Origin: Cirrosporium novae-zelandiae
Taxonomy: Eukaryota
Assembly: GCA_026023565.1 (NCBI GenBank)
Contig: JAPETS010000013.1
Location: forward strand, 372,001-436,000
Length of the DNA stretch: 64,000 nucleotides
Direction: 5' to 3'
Shown here piece by piece: positions 23,537 to 35,560 of this stretch; position 1 is the first letter of the stretch, and the number at the start of each line of letters is the position of its first letter. A model generated the notes under the pieces. That model ran no database searches. It had not been told where the DNA came from and saw nothing but the letters and a program-made list of their open reading frames with translations. Made by a program: the position numbers and the translations under genes.

Positions 23537-26500
23537 TTAAAAGGTCATATCCTCCTGGGAATCAACTGGGGTAGGTGATCCGCGATACCGATTCTTCTTC
23601 ATCTGCGCAATCCTGTCAGGACTCCAATTGCCTGATGAGGTGATGGGACGAGGCCCTGTTGGTCGTCGCTGTGGACCAGGAGCAATACCACTACTAGTGG
23701 GAGATCCATTTGGCTAGATTAATGTTAGCATTCACATTGAACAGGAATAGAATAATAGTAGAGGGCATTTACATTATTATATGTAGCACTGGGGCCACTC
23801 CTCGCCGCTATATGATCAGCGTAGCTTGGCTGTCCACCTCTTACAGTAACCTTGGGAGGTCGTTGTGGGATCAGCGGGTCAATATCATCGCGAATCTTTG
23901 GTGGCCGCGGAGGAGGTGCGGCACTATGGCGTGAAGAAGCTCGCGAAGATCTACCATCGGAAATGGGAGACAGACGTCCAGTGGCCGCAGCTCCGTAGCT
24001 GTTTCGGTTACCAGCTCCGCTGCTATTTGTAAACTGGCTGGGAAGGTTGGAGTTAGAGTCCCAGGGCATGGAGCTTCGTGAAATTGGGGAGTCATAGTCC
24101 TGGGCTTGAAATTCAAGGTTGTATTGATGTCGGTGGGTTGGGCCTGGACGGGGTTGAGGATGTTGGAGGTTTAAGGAGTTGCGATGGGCTTGGTATTTGG
24201 GTTGATCCGATACGACCGATGGGATCAGAGGCGAGGGGGGGCGATCATCTCCATCATCATCGCCCTCATCTCGAGGTAGTGATACCTTTGAGCGGAGTCT
24301 ATCATCTCCCTGAGCATCATAATACTCATTGTTGTAAATTTGCAGATCTGAGCCAGAACGTGATGCCTCAGAGTAAGGATTATTCTTTCCGCTACCTTTG
24401 ATGTTATCGGGAACGGAGGAGGTTGTGGTTTTTGACCATCTCGAGAACTTGGGGAAGAATGATGAACTGCTCGACTTATGCTTCCGGCTCTTCTCCGTCG
24501 AAGTCTTTGGTGTATTGTCGCTGCTTAGTGGTGCAGCTGGCTGGAGAGGGTGAGGTGGTGTGGCGAGAGGTTCAGAGCCAGCACGAGGGCGGTCGGAAGT
24601 TGGTGAAAGCAGCTGCTCATTCTTTTCGAACTGATTATTGAGAATATGTTCTTCATGTTCGCTTAGATCTTCATCTCCTTCCATTACAGTACTAATGCGA
24701 TTTTGGGACCCACGGCGTCCGGTGTATGATTGTTGCTCAACGGCCGGCCGTGATGAGTTGGATAAAAATCCGGATTGATTTCCGGTTGATGACGTCCCTG
24801 CTTGTCCTTCTGGTTCGTAACCATCCTGAATAGACCTGCGCTCGCGCATGTTGTCTGTTGCTGAGGATCGGAGGCTATTAGAAGCTGTTCTGATATTGAT
24901 GTTTGCGTCTTTCTGTGATGACTTCAGATCTTCTACCTCACCCAAAAGCTGGACCAGCATATCCTCAATACGTCCCAAGTCATTCGAGCTTTTGCTGCTT
25001 AACCCCTGGAGAGCTCGCTTGAATATACTCTTCTTCTTCATTGACGCCTCCTCAATAGTGCCTTCTTCGCCCGAAATAGAACGGGGCAGACGTCCTGGTT
25101 GAGGACGTGGGCCCTGTAGAATCTTTTGCGTAGTTCGTTCAAATTGCCTGTCAGTGTTGTCCATAACAAAGTCATCTTGTTCAGTAATGAATTTCTTCAT
25201 GTCTTCGAAGGAATTTCGCATTTCGGCTGCACTTCGCACGAGAGTTACCAGTATTTCGGTATCCCTTGCGTTGCGTTGAGCATCTCGAACAGTGAGCTAC
25301 GTCAAAGGTCAGGACCTGTCAGGTACTAAAAATGTCTTGGGGAGAAACTTACATGATCCATAAGCGCTACAATATCTTTAGATTGTATTCGATCGAGTCC
25401 TTTACCCATCGCACTATCGTATAGAGGCGATGACATCCCCTGGGAATAGCCACTGAGGTGGCGCACATGTTTACCGACGAAGGGGTCATCTCCGGCAATA
25501 CCGCCATCCCCAAAGGCTTCTCCTAGGTCCGCATCATCAATCACTCCAAGCCCCCGAGGTTTATATTCAGGAGTAGCAGCCCCTGGGGATCTTGGATTAG
25601 CAGCTGACATATAGCCTTCGTCTCTAGGAGATGTCGGCATCAGTTTTCCGTATGAATCTGTTGCTGGTCCGTAGTTGTGCAGCCCATCTTGTTGATAATC
25701 TTCCACGCTTGGGTGCAAAGGACGATTTTCTTTCAGTCCTCGATCTGAGAATTGATCAAGGTCACGGCTTGCTGCAGCTCCCAGACCAGCCCCGGCAATT
25801 GCTCCAAGAACACCCGCCTCTGCTGCCTGTAGAGCGCTGGGCTGTTCTCCTTTGCTTGCTGCAAAATCGTTCGTCCCAGGTGAGGTAGGGCTATAGGGCC
25901 AATGGTCACGACTATCTTGTTGGCCAATGGGCCCATGAATGATTGATGGGTTGGTATTTATTTCTGACTCGTCATCCAATCCATGGCCTATCTCTGGTAT
26001 AGGGTCATCTGCTACCGGCAAACCGCTAGCACCCAGTACAGGTTTTTCTTCAATTGAACGCGCGATGCTTTGGCGTGGTGAGTTTTCCATAATATGGTCA
26101 TGGCTTGCTTCCTCATGTAATGATCTTTCCGGAGATTGCGCGTTGACATCATGCCGCTGCTTTAGAGGGCTGCCTCGGTCACTCATGCGTGCTGATTGTC
26201 GAGAGCTCCTACCTCCATGTCCCTCCAGTGGAGAGTCAGGATAACCATAGCTCTTCTCACTTTGAGGTGAAACAGATTTGCGGGATAATTCACTAAACTG
26301 TCCATCTAAAGCTGATGGGTTGTGCAACGATGCAACCGCAGATTCCACTGCCACGGGAGTGCTCATATACTCGGGGCTTAGCTCAATGCCACGAACTTCT
26401 TGGCCGGCGACGGTTTGGAGATAAGAAGCTTCGAGGCTGTTGCGGTAGCCTCGCTTGTTGTAGTTATCCATCTGCCCATCAAACGTCAAGTCCGATTCCG

Positions 26501-28592
26501 GCATGTCATGCTGGGGGATATCCTCTGTTTTCTCTGGATTAACTCCTGGCGCGCGATGTGATCTAGCCATGTCAGTAGTGGCAGCAGAAGACATCGTGGA
26601 GATTGACATATCAAGTGGTTTCTCTATGGAGGAAATAGATCCCATGCTGTGCACATCTCTCTTATCGGTCACATCATATGGTTCTTCCGTTCCCTCCTGG
26701 TAGCTTGCGACGCTCTGAATGGGACTAAGTGCACGAGGTGCCCGATTCAGGAATCGATCATTGCGTTCGAATAAGGGATGCACCTGCAAGGGGCTAAACT
26801 CCGTAGGTTTGATATGCTCGTCCTCCTCGGTACTGTGTAGGCTTAGATTGCTCTGGGATAGATTGCCATGATGAGTGCCAAGACTACGTATACTTAGAGG
26901 AGATTTGGGAGGTGTTCCTCTGCCCGACACAGGAGATCGCATCTCTCTGGGAGATCCACGGGTGACTTCTTGCATTTCAACTGTGCGAACCGGAGTGATC
27001 CTGCCTGATGGCGGTGCTGTCTGCTCTGATAAAATCGACGTCCTCGTCAATTCCGAATCAATCTCGCTCCGCATCGGCATGGGAGCCACATCATGTTTCT
27101 GGAATATTTTCTCCGTGGTATCGTCCGCTAAACTGGAGCGACTGCCATTCCGACTATGTGACTTTCCCCTTTCTTTGCTGTCGATACTTGACCGCGATTC
27201 GTGGTGCTTGAGGGCTTCCTTTGTGAGAACACTTCCTATCAAGCCGCCTGCGGCACCAGCCGCCACTCTCGAACCATCTCTGCGATGCCGTCTCCTGGCA
27301 GCTTTCTCTTCTCTAATCGTTGTTTCATTGGAAGCCTCGCGCCCATATTCGCTGTTGCCAGAAGGCGAGCTCTCCCCATTACTCCGTCTTCGGTCTTTGA
27401 CCGAATTTCCAGAAAGGACCACTCCAGGGTCATCGCCATCACGGTTGAGGACTACCTTGGGCTTTCTAGATCGGGAGGTATCTTCTTGTGAAATACTACT
27501 GACCGACGCGGAATCCTTATCGTATCGATTGTGCCGTCTTCGACCTGTGCTGTTCTCTTTCTTGATATCCCGAAGTTCAGGTAGGATGAGTCGGCGAATA
27601 GCGTCTTCTACGGTTTCGAGCAACTTCGGATTACTGCTGATGGATGTTTTTGAAGCTGCGGATCGATGCGAATACTGGTCTGCGTACTTGTATCCGGATT
27701 TCGACGACACTTGTGATGCACTCATAACGCTGGAATCAACACCGCTGGCGTAATCTTCATCTTCATGAGTTCTATTGGACCTTCGCTTGGGAGACCGGAT
27801 ACCGTCATAATACGTACTTCGACTTTTGCCTTCTCCGGGCTTGGCACCTAATTTCTCCATGGCTTTCCTTGCGATCCTTTCTCGGCTTAGGCTGCGGCTT
27901 CGTTGCCTGGTAGGGGCCTTTAGGGTATCTTTTCCCTTCGTCATCTCATCTCGGCTAAGACTTCGACTTCGTTGACGTTGTGGCGTTGCGCGGGGTTGTG
28001 ACCCGGAGAGCATGCTATCTGCAGGCATCGATGATATATCAGAAGAGATCGGGACGTATCGCGGGTCCTGACTAGTACCTGATAAGTCGCTTCCTTCCTT
28101 ACGAGACACCTCGATTTCCAACGGTGGACGTGCAGATAAATTTGAATCCTCAGCCGAACTAAGACTCTCCTCTAGGGATTTGTCACCTCTACCTCCAAGA
28201 GAAATGCGTCGTGTATAAGAAGGTCTCCTTCCACCCGTCTCACTTATCTCAATTCGCTCGTTGCTCTCTCTAATTTTGCGTGCGCTGGATGGCGTGACCT
28301 TGACTCTGACGCTTGGTCTTGGATTGACCTGTGATCCTTTTCCTCCTTCAAAGTATTCTATCAATAGTGATGTTTGCGATTGATGCGATGACTTTGTTAG
28401 CTTTCCGTATTCTTTTTTCCCTCGTGTTGATATGGTGATGGGACGACCGTCGTCTGGAATTGTATGGGATGATTTATCTGTCATCCGGGAAATATCAGTA
28501 GCAAAGTCGGTTTCGTTTTCGCCGGGGCTGTCGTTAAATATATCTGAATCAGTTGGTGCAGGTAAACTTGGGGTCCGAGCCTCGACACCCAT
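23537..28592 (-). CDS. Large (~1650 aa) Ser/Arg-rich fungal protein of unknown function, exons 28592-25353, 25296-23773, 23713-23537
   Basis: Two long ORFs are joined by canonical introns (GTAAGT..CTGAC..TAG; GTAAAT..GCTAAC..TAG). Ordered-looking blocks are TSLLIEYFEG, LLETVEDAIRRLILPEL, IQSKDIVALMDHLTVRDAQRNARDTEILVTLVRSAAEMRNSFEDMKKFI and DLGRIEDMLVQLLGEVE. Confidence 0.88.
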
Positions 28593-29304
28593 TCTGAGCG
28601 AGGCAGCTTAAGCCGGTGAATTCATTAGTTCGTGATAAATGAATTTCGCAGAGCCACTAAGGTAAAGATGATGGACACTCTGGTCGCTTCTCAAGCTTGT
28701 ATATTTTTTGCGAGCAAAAAGAAGGAGAAGTAAATGATGAGTGTAAGTGTGGGGTGTGTGGCGAGGGTGTTGAGTCTAGGATGAAGGAGGAAACCGACTA
28801 GTCGTACAGCTTGTATTGTTTCACCTCGAGGAGATCATGATCACAAAAAGTAAAGACAGGTCAGATAATCTAAAGAGTGAATGCGGGATAGTAGACGATA
28901 GGCAATCGGGATGATGGTAGTTAAGATGTCAGGATGGAAAGCGGTTGAGAAATTGAAGCGTTTGCTGTTGGTAGCCGTATTGGCCCAGTGAAAGCTGCCC
29001 AAGGATGGGATCTCAGGTTTCTCAGGCATACACCGCCAGCGGAGGGAGAGGGAGGTGGGGGTCGGGGGGGGGGGAGGAAACAATTGTGAATTATTGAAAG
29101 GTCAATTGATTATGGGGATAGGAAAGGGCATTTGCGCAATGGCAAGAAAAAATCAAGCCAAAATTAGGAAAGGTTTTAGATTCCAGGTAGAGACAAAATT
29201 GGGGGGATTGGGAACTGTTCTGGTGGTTAAGATATGGTTTCTGCGGTGACGAGGGTGGAGAGTGTTGGATGTTTAGCGGCGTTTGCATGTATTTCAAGCC
29301 ATTG

Positions 29305-29360
29305 GACGACAGGATGACAGGATGACAAGATGACAAGACGACAAGACGACAAGACAACAA
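29305..29360. repeat. Seven tandem 8-mers, GA(C/T)GACA(A/G)
   Basis: GACGACAG GATGACAG GATGACAA GATGACAA GACGACAA GACGACAA GACAACAA. Confidence 0.9.
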
Positions 29361-31141
29361 ATTGGCAAGATGATGATAAGATGCCAACAAATAGGAAGAT
29401 ATCTGTTGTATAAAATGCTTTTTTTCTAATCAACTCTTCTCGATTTTGTCTTTACATCACAGCCTTCTGGAACATTATTCGTAATCATTTGGTGGCTTGT
29501 CAAAAACATGATGAACCAACCAACCTCCTCTACAAATACAAATAGATATTCTCCCCCCAGCCTTATATGGTAAATTGCATACAGCAATCCCGCATAGCTT
29601 GATATAAAAATGCCTCGTAACATTTCCCTTCCAGTATTTATCAATCGCCAAAAAATGAGATTTAGGGACCGACTGACTTCAACAACCTGGAACCGCCCGT
29701 GATTTCTACACTTCTACCTTTTTTCTTTGCTATTCCCAATCATCTAACTTACTTCGTACCTAAATAGTAATTAATTATTTTACATAGTCAATTACCTACT
29801 CTACACTGCGGCAGTTTAAATGTTGTACATGACTGTCTCAACCCTCCCCAAAAATGGACCTTGCAAAGAAGTGAAAAAGCCAAGCTAGTGGGATACCGTC
29901 TCTGATTGGTTGCCGGAAAGACCATGTTCTCTGTTTCTCACACGCGCTTGCCAACTCATCACTTCCCGAGATGCCGTTTTCTTTCTACGGCCATTCGTTA
30001 AGTTTGGGACCTGAACCTGCCCAAGAAAAAGCTGATGCAGGTGTTTTCCGAGCCTCAGGAAAGCAGACAAAGAGGGAATGGGACTGAATATCATCGAGTT
30101 AAGCCTTGGGTATCCATGAACTAATTAGACATTCAGCTGTTAATTAATCCTTTCTCTCGCTTAACTTATTAGCTCACCAGCCTCGATATTTCTTGTCCTT
30201 AGAACCTCCATACATACATACGCATACATACTCACATACACACATGCCTGTTCCCAGTGTGATATCTACCCAACTCATCCTTGGGAGACCAAACCATTTG
30301 TTTCTTCACCAATCCAGAAAGTAGTTAGACCCATGTCGCTGATGTCGTTAAAATCTTTTTCAGACTACACCTCGCATAAGCTTCAATAGATCAGCCAAAT
30401 AGCTACCCAGCTTTGGCACGTTTATTCAAATAATGCTTTTTTACCTAATGGATTGCTCCTGCATCTACACACGTTCATCCCCTCTCGCAGTCATAACCAC
30501 GCAAACTAGCGCCCCCTGCTTTATATTGCACAATCCAGAAGAAGAAGAAAAGGAAGAGGAAGAAAGCATTCCTCTTTTCATCTACTAGTATTTCCTATCA
30601 AAATCAACACTCGACGTATCAATTCATACCCAGCTACAGAATTCAACGAAGAGAAAAAAACCACTTCGCCGTCAATTCTCTAGCTACCTCTCCAAAATTT
30701 GCACGTCTCCTTTGTTCTGAAATTCGGGTTAGTGTTCGTTGTAGTCGGAATGACGAGGTTGGGACTCATTCTCCTCGATGTCCCTATGCTTTCTCTTCTC
30801 TTCTTTTTGACGAGGTTCGGTGTTTTACCTTAGTGGTCTGAAGCGCAAGATGTGAGGATCAGCTTTCTGCAGCTATGATTGACGGTTGGTAGGAAAGAGA
30901 GCAATGTTAAAGAAATTCCGTAGTAGTTGATAATGACCGACCACCAGTTCGCAGAATTATTGTAAAAGGTTACTAGCGGAGAAAGAGGCCGTTCCCGGTC
31001 TCACTTGGTGTACAACCTTTTGATCAGGTGAACACCGCTAGCTCGCTCCGAATGCAGGTGAATCTTGACCACAGGTTTTCTCAACCGACCTTTTTTTTGA
31101 TATCTCTTCAAATTTCTTCTCCTCCCAGTAGTGCTCCATTA

Positions 31142-31170
31142 CCCCCCCCCCCCCCCCCCCCCCCCCCCCC
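31142..31170. repeat. C29 homopolymer (G29 on the minus strand)
   Basis: Direct reading of the sequence. Confidence 0.95.
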
Positions 31171-31177
31171 TTCCCAT

Positions 31178-31519
31178 TCATAAAAAAAGAGATCGCGGAG
31201 TAACCCCAACAGTGGCAGAAGCAGAAGTAGCAGAACCATCATATCCCTCCGCCATCATCTCATCCAAGCTCATGCTCTTATCCGCCGCGTTTTCCTCACC
31301 ACCCGCTATCAAATCCCTCTCATTTTCCGTTTTGCTCCCCTCCCCCAAACCTTTCCCCTCATTTGAATAAATATCAGACCGTCGTGACTCCTCCCTGTTT
31401 CCCACTAGTTCTTCTTGTTGTTTCTTGGTGTGTGGTGGTGTTTTTTTCAAGCGAGTTTTCAATGCTCGCTTTCCGCGGGATAGGGATGCTTTGATGCGCC
31501 ATTTGAGATTTGCCTTCAT
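31178..31519 (-). CDS. Possible small orphan protein (113 aa; basic N-half, acidic C-half)
   Basis: ATG in CACAACAACAGCTATG context, purine-rich coding-like composition and a TATATA box about 170 bp upstream. No recognisable domain. Confidence 0.4.
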   Translation of the reverse strand: MKANLKWRIKASLSRGKRALKTRLKKTPPHTKKQQEELVGNREESRRSDIYSNEGKGLGEGSKTENERDLIAGGEENAADKSMSLDEMMAEGYDGSATSASATVGVTPRSLFL

Positions 31520-32219
31520 AGCTGTTGTTGTGGTAATAATGGCATGGATATATTAATGATAATGATGGTTAGGCAAAGGTAGATTTGTTTGGTTTGAGAG
31601 GCTAAGTAGGTTGCCTGGTTCAGAGGTATGTTGAAATACAGAAAAGTGCGAATGTGGGTGTGCGCGCGAAAGGGAGAAGGAAAGAGCATATATATGTCTA
31701 GTCAGAAAGAACCCAACTGCCCCTTTCATAAAACATTATGCGATAGATAAATAGCACCTACCCCATACCTTCCTCTCCATAACTGCGAAGAAGGAAAGTA
31801 CGTACTGCATTCTCTAATCTCCTCCCTTAAAGGAAGTTCCCACCCTTAAAAGTTTTCCCGTTGTGAAAAATACTATAACATCCAAACCACAGGTTTCTAT
31901 TAACATGTAGCCTTTTCTTCATATTTCTACATCATATTATATTTGTAACCCTTTTAACTGATAGTGAGTTTTCCATCACTTCTATAATAAAAATGACGAA
32001 TGAACTAGTAATAAGAATATTGCTCGTAAATGCTTTCCATCTGCTTTGGTCTTTTGGTCTTTTTTAATGGCATAATAATCATCAGTGTATAAGCAAAGTC
32101 GAAAAAAACGAATAAACATATCAACTGCTCTTCAATGCGTCTTCTCTAGCCAATCCCTCGTATGCTAGTTCTAGTTTACAGTAACTCTACCCTCCCAGAC
32201 CAGGCCTGCCCTTTGACAA

Positions 32220-33740
32220 TTACTTCTTCCTCTCCATCGTTCTCCTCGCCATCTCTTTCAATCCCTCTTTGGCGTCCCCTTCAGGCCAGCCAGAGATCGC
32301 CCTGACAGCTTTATTCGCGAAAGACTCTGCTAATGCTCGAGTCTTCTCCATGCCGTCGCTTTTCAGCACGATTTCTCTTGCCAGTTTCACATCGCCTGGA
32401 CCGCCGAACTTTCTGCCTACCAGCGCCCCCAGTTCTGGATGTGTTTCCCACGCGAACAGTAGCGGCGCGGTTGCCAGTCCGAGCTTGAGATCTGCTCCAG
32501 AGGGCTTACCAAGTACGGAAGCGGCCGAAGTATAGTCAAGCATGTCGTCGACAAGCTGGAAGGCAAGACCAAGGTTACGGCCATAGGTGTATGCGGCTTC
32601 GATGACTTCAGAGCTAGAGCCACCGAGGAGGGCTGCCGCACGGCACGACTTGCTGATGAGAGAGGCAGTCTTGAGATAGGTTTTTTGGAGGTAGTAATTC
32701 ATTGTTTCGGCCGAGTAGAGAGGATTTGATTCATCCAGGGCCGTATTTTGTAATTGCATGAACTCACCCTCGACAAGATTCGCGATAGCAGTGGCGAGAA
32801 GCTCGACGACTTCTGCATCACGGAGGCGGGCTAGAGCAACAGATGCGCGACCTAGCAGGAAATCGCCAGCTAACACAGCCATCTTATTACCAAATTGAAT
32901 GTTTGCAGAGGGTGAAGCTCGACGAGTGAGGGATACATCGATGACATCGTCATGAAGGAGGGATGCCGTATGAATGAGTTCTGTAATTTCAGCGAGGCGG
33001 CGTTGGGTTGGGAGAATTTCAGGGGAGGTAAGGGTACTTTGGTAAAGTGATTCAGTTGATGCGGAGGAGAGAGGCGAGGATGGGTTTAGGTCCGACAGTA
33101 TCGACGAGGGTGAGATAGGCTCGTTGACTTCAAAGGCAGCCGCAATATCATCTCTGCTTCCCATTCTAGCCCTCGACTGCTTACTCCTTAGATTTCCCGG
33201 CTCCCTGGGCGTCAACGCGGTAGCTCTTGACATAAGCAACACAATCAGCGGCCGCATATGTTTCCCCTCTGATTGCGTATAATATTTTGCCACCCGATCT
33301 AATAGTGGATGCCCTGACCCAAGTAATTGCTTCAAGTGTTTTGACAAGAACTTCATTTCCCCGCCCAGTATTCTGAACGGGTCAAAGTTCTTATTTTTAC
33401 CGTCGATTCCAAAGTCCTTGGCCGACGATGAATCAGCTGATGCGGCGGCTGCTGCTGCTCTTGCTGCTCTCGCTGCTGCTATTCTGGCGGCCGTTGCTCC
33501 AACCGCTGCAGCTGCAGCTCGACCAGGGAACGTTTTTGATATAACATTTTGCGCAGCGGAGACAGCGGATGCCCATGTTGATTGGTATCGCCGGCGGGAT
33601 GGATGGAAGTATATGTGACAATGTGAATTGCTCAATGAAGGGGGTAGGCGTTCTCGCAGACATGTAGAACACAATATCGACTTATATCTGAGAAGGGAAA
33701 GCGCAGGAATCGAGGGCGAAGCAGAGTAGAGGGGACTCAT
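32220..33740 (-). CDS. COQ1: Mitochondrial polyprenyl (hexaprenyl-type) diphosphate synthase
   Basis: GKHMRP, ELIHTASLLHDDVID (FARM), GNKMAVLAGDFLL, KTASLI, GLAFQLVDDMLD (SARM) and DLKLGLATAP. The N-terminus resembles a mitochondrial presequence. No intron is required. Confidence 0.95.
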   Translation of the reverse strand: MSPLYSASPSIPALSLLRYKSILCSTCLRERLPPSLSNSHCHIYFHPSRRRYQSTWASAVSAAQNVISKTFPGRAAAAAVGATAARIAAARAARAAAAAASADSSSAKDFGIDGKNKNFDPFRILGGEMKFLSKHLKQLLGSGHPLLDRVAKYYTQSEGKHMRPLIVLLMSRATALTPREPGNLRSKQSRARMGSRDDIAAAFEVNEPISPSSILSDLNPSSPLSSASTESLYQSTLTSPEILPTQRRLAEITELIHTASLLHDDVIDVSLTRRASPSANIQFGNKMAVLAGDFLLGRASVALARLRDAEVVELLATAIANLVEGEFMQLQNTALDESNPLYSAETMNYYLQKTYLKTASLISKSCRAAALLGGSSSEVIEAAYTYGRNLGLAFQLVDDMLDYTSAASVLGKPSGADLKLGLATAPLLFAWETHPELGALVGRKFGGPGDVKLAREIVLKSDGMEKTRALAESFANKAVRAISGWPEGDAKEGLKEMARRTMERKK

Positions 33741-34091
33741 GATCGCACGGGACGAAGTCGAGAGTATTTGTACAGCATGGATGTTTCAACTCCGGAACCT
33801 GCACTATGAGCAGAATAAATTTCGCAAGAAATTAAAGGAGCTGAGAGCAAATTTGAACGGTCAATTGGAGCGGAGTTGAAACCCGAGTTGACGTGCAGTT
33901 CACAAGTAGACATTTCTTCGTCGGAGAGAACTTTTGGGGTGAATCTCGCCAAGCTCATGAAGCACCGGTGTCAAGGTCATAAACGTCACCGTTGGGGCCA
34001 ATATAATTTGAATGATTGCTAATTACCCAGATAGGAGATTGAAGAAATATCAGGATCCATATGTTCAGTCTCCATTGAGCGGATTGTCATT

Positions 34092-34880
34092 ATGGTGCTC
34101 CTAACTATGACTCCAGCAATTGTTTCCGCCCTCCAAGAACTCCACGATACCATTTCACTCCCTCAAGAACCCTCCCTAACCAATCCAGCGCCGGGAAGGC
34201 CAATATCGCATACGCAAATAATAATTCTCTTTCGTGCTTTGAAAGAAAGCTCTAAAGGGCTGAGTGAAAATGCTTACCGTCTCAATGACCTCCTCCACCA
34301 TGCAAATATCTACGTCCCACCTCCGCCTCCGAAGCCTGAACCTGTGTGTCCACCATTGCCCCCCCTCTCTACATCTCAGAACTAACCTCTTCCGCAGACC
34401 CCCGAATACCTCGCCTTAATGAAGCGCCTACGGCACATCCAAGAACAAACCCACTATAGCAAAATAACCTCCCAGCAACATCCATCCCCGTTTGGTTCTT
34501 CCACATTCGACGAACTTACCTACTCTTCCGCCTCCCGCCAAAGCACTCTAATTATCAACATCCTACTCTCAGTTTTCGCTACCGCTGTTGCACTTTACCT
34601 AATCGCTTCCTCCTGGACGCCTGCTGCGCGAGTACTGTTCGGGTTAGCAGGAGGTATTTTGGTGGCTGTGGCAGAGACTGCCGTATACCTGGGGTATCTG
34701 CAGCGATTATGGGAAGCAAAGGAGGAGGAGAGGAAGAAGCTGGAGAAGAGGGAAGTTGTAGATACGTGGGTTATTGGAGGAACTACTGTGGAGACCAAGG
34801 ATGAGGGAAATAAAGGGTTAAGAAACAGGAAGAACGGGGAGAAAGAGGGGACCAAAGCTGGCTGCGTTTCAGTCAATTGA
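34092..34880 (+). CDS. VMA12: V-ATPase ER assembly factor Vma12/Vph2 (TMEM199)-like, exons 34092-34343, 34398-34880
   Basis: MVLLTMTPAIV...GRPISHTQI...LNDLLHHANIYVPPPPPKPEP|TPEYLALMKRLR..QEQTHY, then two transmembrane segments (LIINILLSVFATAVALY; VLFGLAGGILVAVAETAVY). Intron GTGTGT..ACTAAC..CAG. Confidence 0.85.
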
Positions 34881-35560
34881 AGCCATAACTTTATGCGTAG
34901 TTTATATAATTGACTGAAGTCTGTGAAGCTACGACTCTACAATACTCAAACATACGATATCCACGCAAAAAGGACATCTAGTCAACCATTGTAATTGGTA
35001 AAGTAATAATCCGATACATTACACACACTGACTACAAGCTTTGAGTCAAGCAGTATGCGCCATAATCCTATCTTCATGGTCACCGCTGCTCGTACGAAAC
35101 ACAAGTTGCTGATACGAATGAATGCATGAGCCATCCAATTTGTAACTCAAACCCTCGGCCAGCATTTTGTTTCTTGTTTTCAACCAACATCACCGAGAAT
35201 TCGCTCAGATCATAGCACGTCCAACTTGTTGTAACTTCGATGGTTGGGCAGGGAAAATGATAAAACGCCAATTAACAGGACTCCAGACACGCCAGTCCTC
35301 CATAACATAATTCCCAAGCAAGTTTAGAAAAAGAATAAAGACCGAATCAATAAAGACCGTTCTCGTTTGTTCATAATCCGTAGCAGTAGACTCCAACTCC
35401 ACTTGCCAGAGTGCTATCCATTAGTCTTTGTGTTTATCTATAATTGCTGTGCAAGGCGTTGAGGTTCTAAATTCAAAAGGCACCTCAAAACGCTTTCAGC
35501 TTGCAGGCATTTTCTTCGTCACATGGGTGTAGTGCAGTCTTCTTTTCTCAACTCACGGAC

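Noticed and set aside
26875..27753. 292-aa + strand ORF and other long antisense ORFs (e.g. 21298-21867, 46139-46609)
   Set aside because: They lie wholly opposite well-supported genes and are codon-bias shadows.
29305..29360. Regular 8-mer array as a CRISPR-like or coding repeat
   Set aside because: There are no spacers and the context is eukaryotic; it is an ordinary tandem repeat with stepwise mutation.
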